Assembly: GCA_002633005.1 (NCBI GenBank)
Contig: NMRA01001000.1
Location: forward strand, 9,590 to 73,589
Direction: 5' to 3'
DNA: 64,000 nt
Source: Phoronis australis
Lineage: Eukaryota > Animalia > Phoronida
This document shows, piece by piece, positions 63,918 to 64,000 of this stretch (position 1 is the stretch's first letter; each line of letters begins with the position of its first letter). Made by a program: the position numbers and the translations under genes. The notes beneath the pieces are model-generated. The model saw only the letters and a program-made list of their open reading frames with translations. It was not told where the DNA came from and did not search any database.

Positions 63918-64000
63918 GAATTTTTGGCCGACCGGTCGGAAATTGGTCGACGACCGGTCGGCAAATTAGCCGACCGGTCGGCTAAAAATTAGCCGACCGG
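63915..64000. repeat. Edge of element with tandem palindromic ccgaccggtcgg units
   Basis: Four copies of (c)cgaccggtcgg (last cut by the window end) separated by A/T-rich linkers; typical of MITE subterminal arrays. Confidence 0.6.

Noticed and set aside
1-64000. tRNA/rRNA genes or prokaryotic operons
   Set aside because: No cloverleaf, rRNA signature or dense ORF organisation was recognised by eye; tRNAscan-SE/Infernal would be needed to exclude them formally.

Overview
Animal (probably marine invertebrate, bilaterian-like) genomic DNA: AT-rich, with GT-AG introns, many MITEs and LINE/Penelope remnants, one 405-N gap and three single-N joins. Two gene systems can be reconstructed. The first is a two-exon Tctex-1 domain dynein light chain gene (18518-20089, +). 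The second is a tandem array of three intact five-exon paralogues (23109-31406, 36386-41826, 51098-54885, all +) plus an orphan extra terminal exon (45968-46220). These encode ~308-aa proteins with an N-terminal F-box and a C-terminal domain. By my manual comparison with the recalled Anabaena sequence, that domain resembles the bacterial nuclease A inhibitor NuiA (conserved Glu motif, acidic loop, GxxxG..T C-terminus). This F-box/NuiA-like family, with a locally hypervariable exon-4 segment, is the most interesting candidate for an undescribed system; the homology is unverified by search. The rest is transposon-derived DNA (Tx1/L1, Penelope, CR1/L2, Mutator-like, Kolobok-like foldback, CA..TG MITEs with 5-6 bp TSDs), satellites and probable haplotype duplications.
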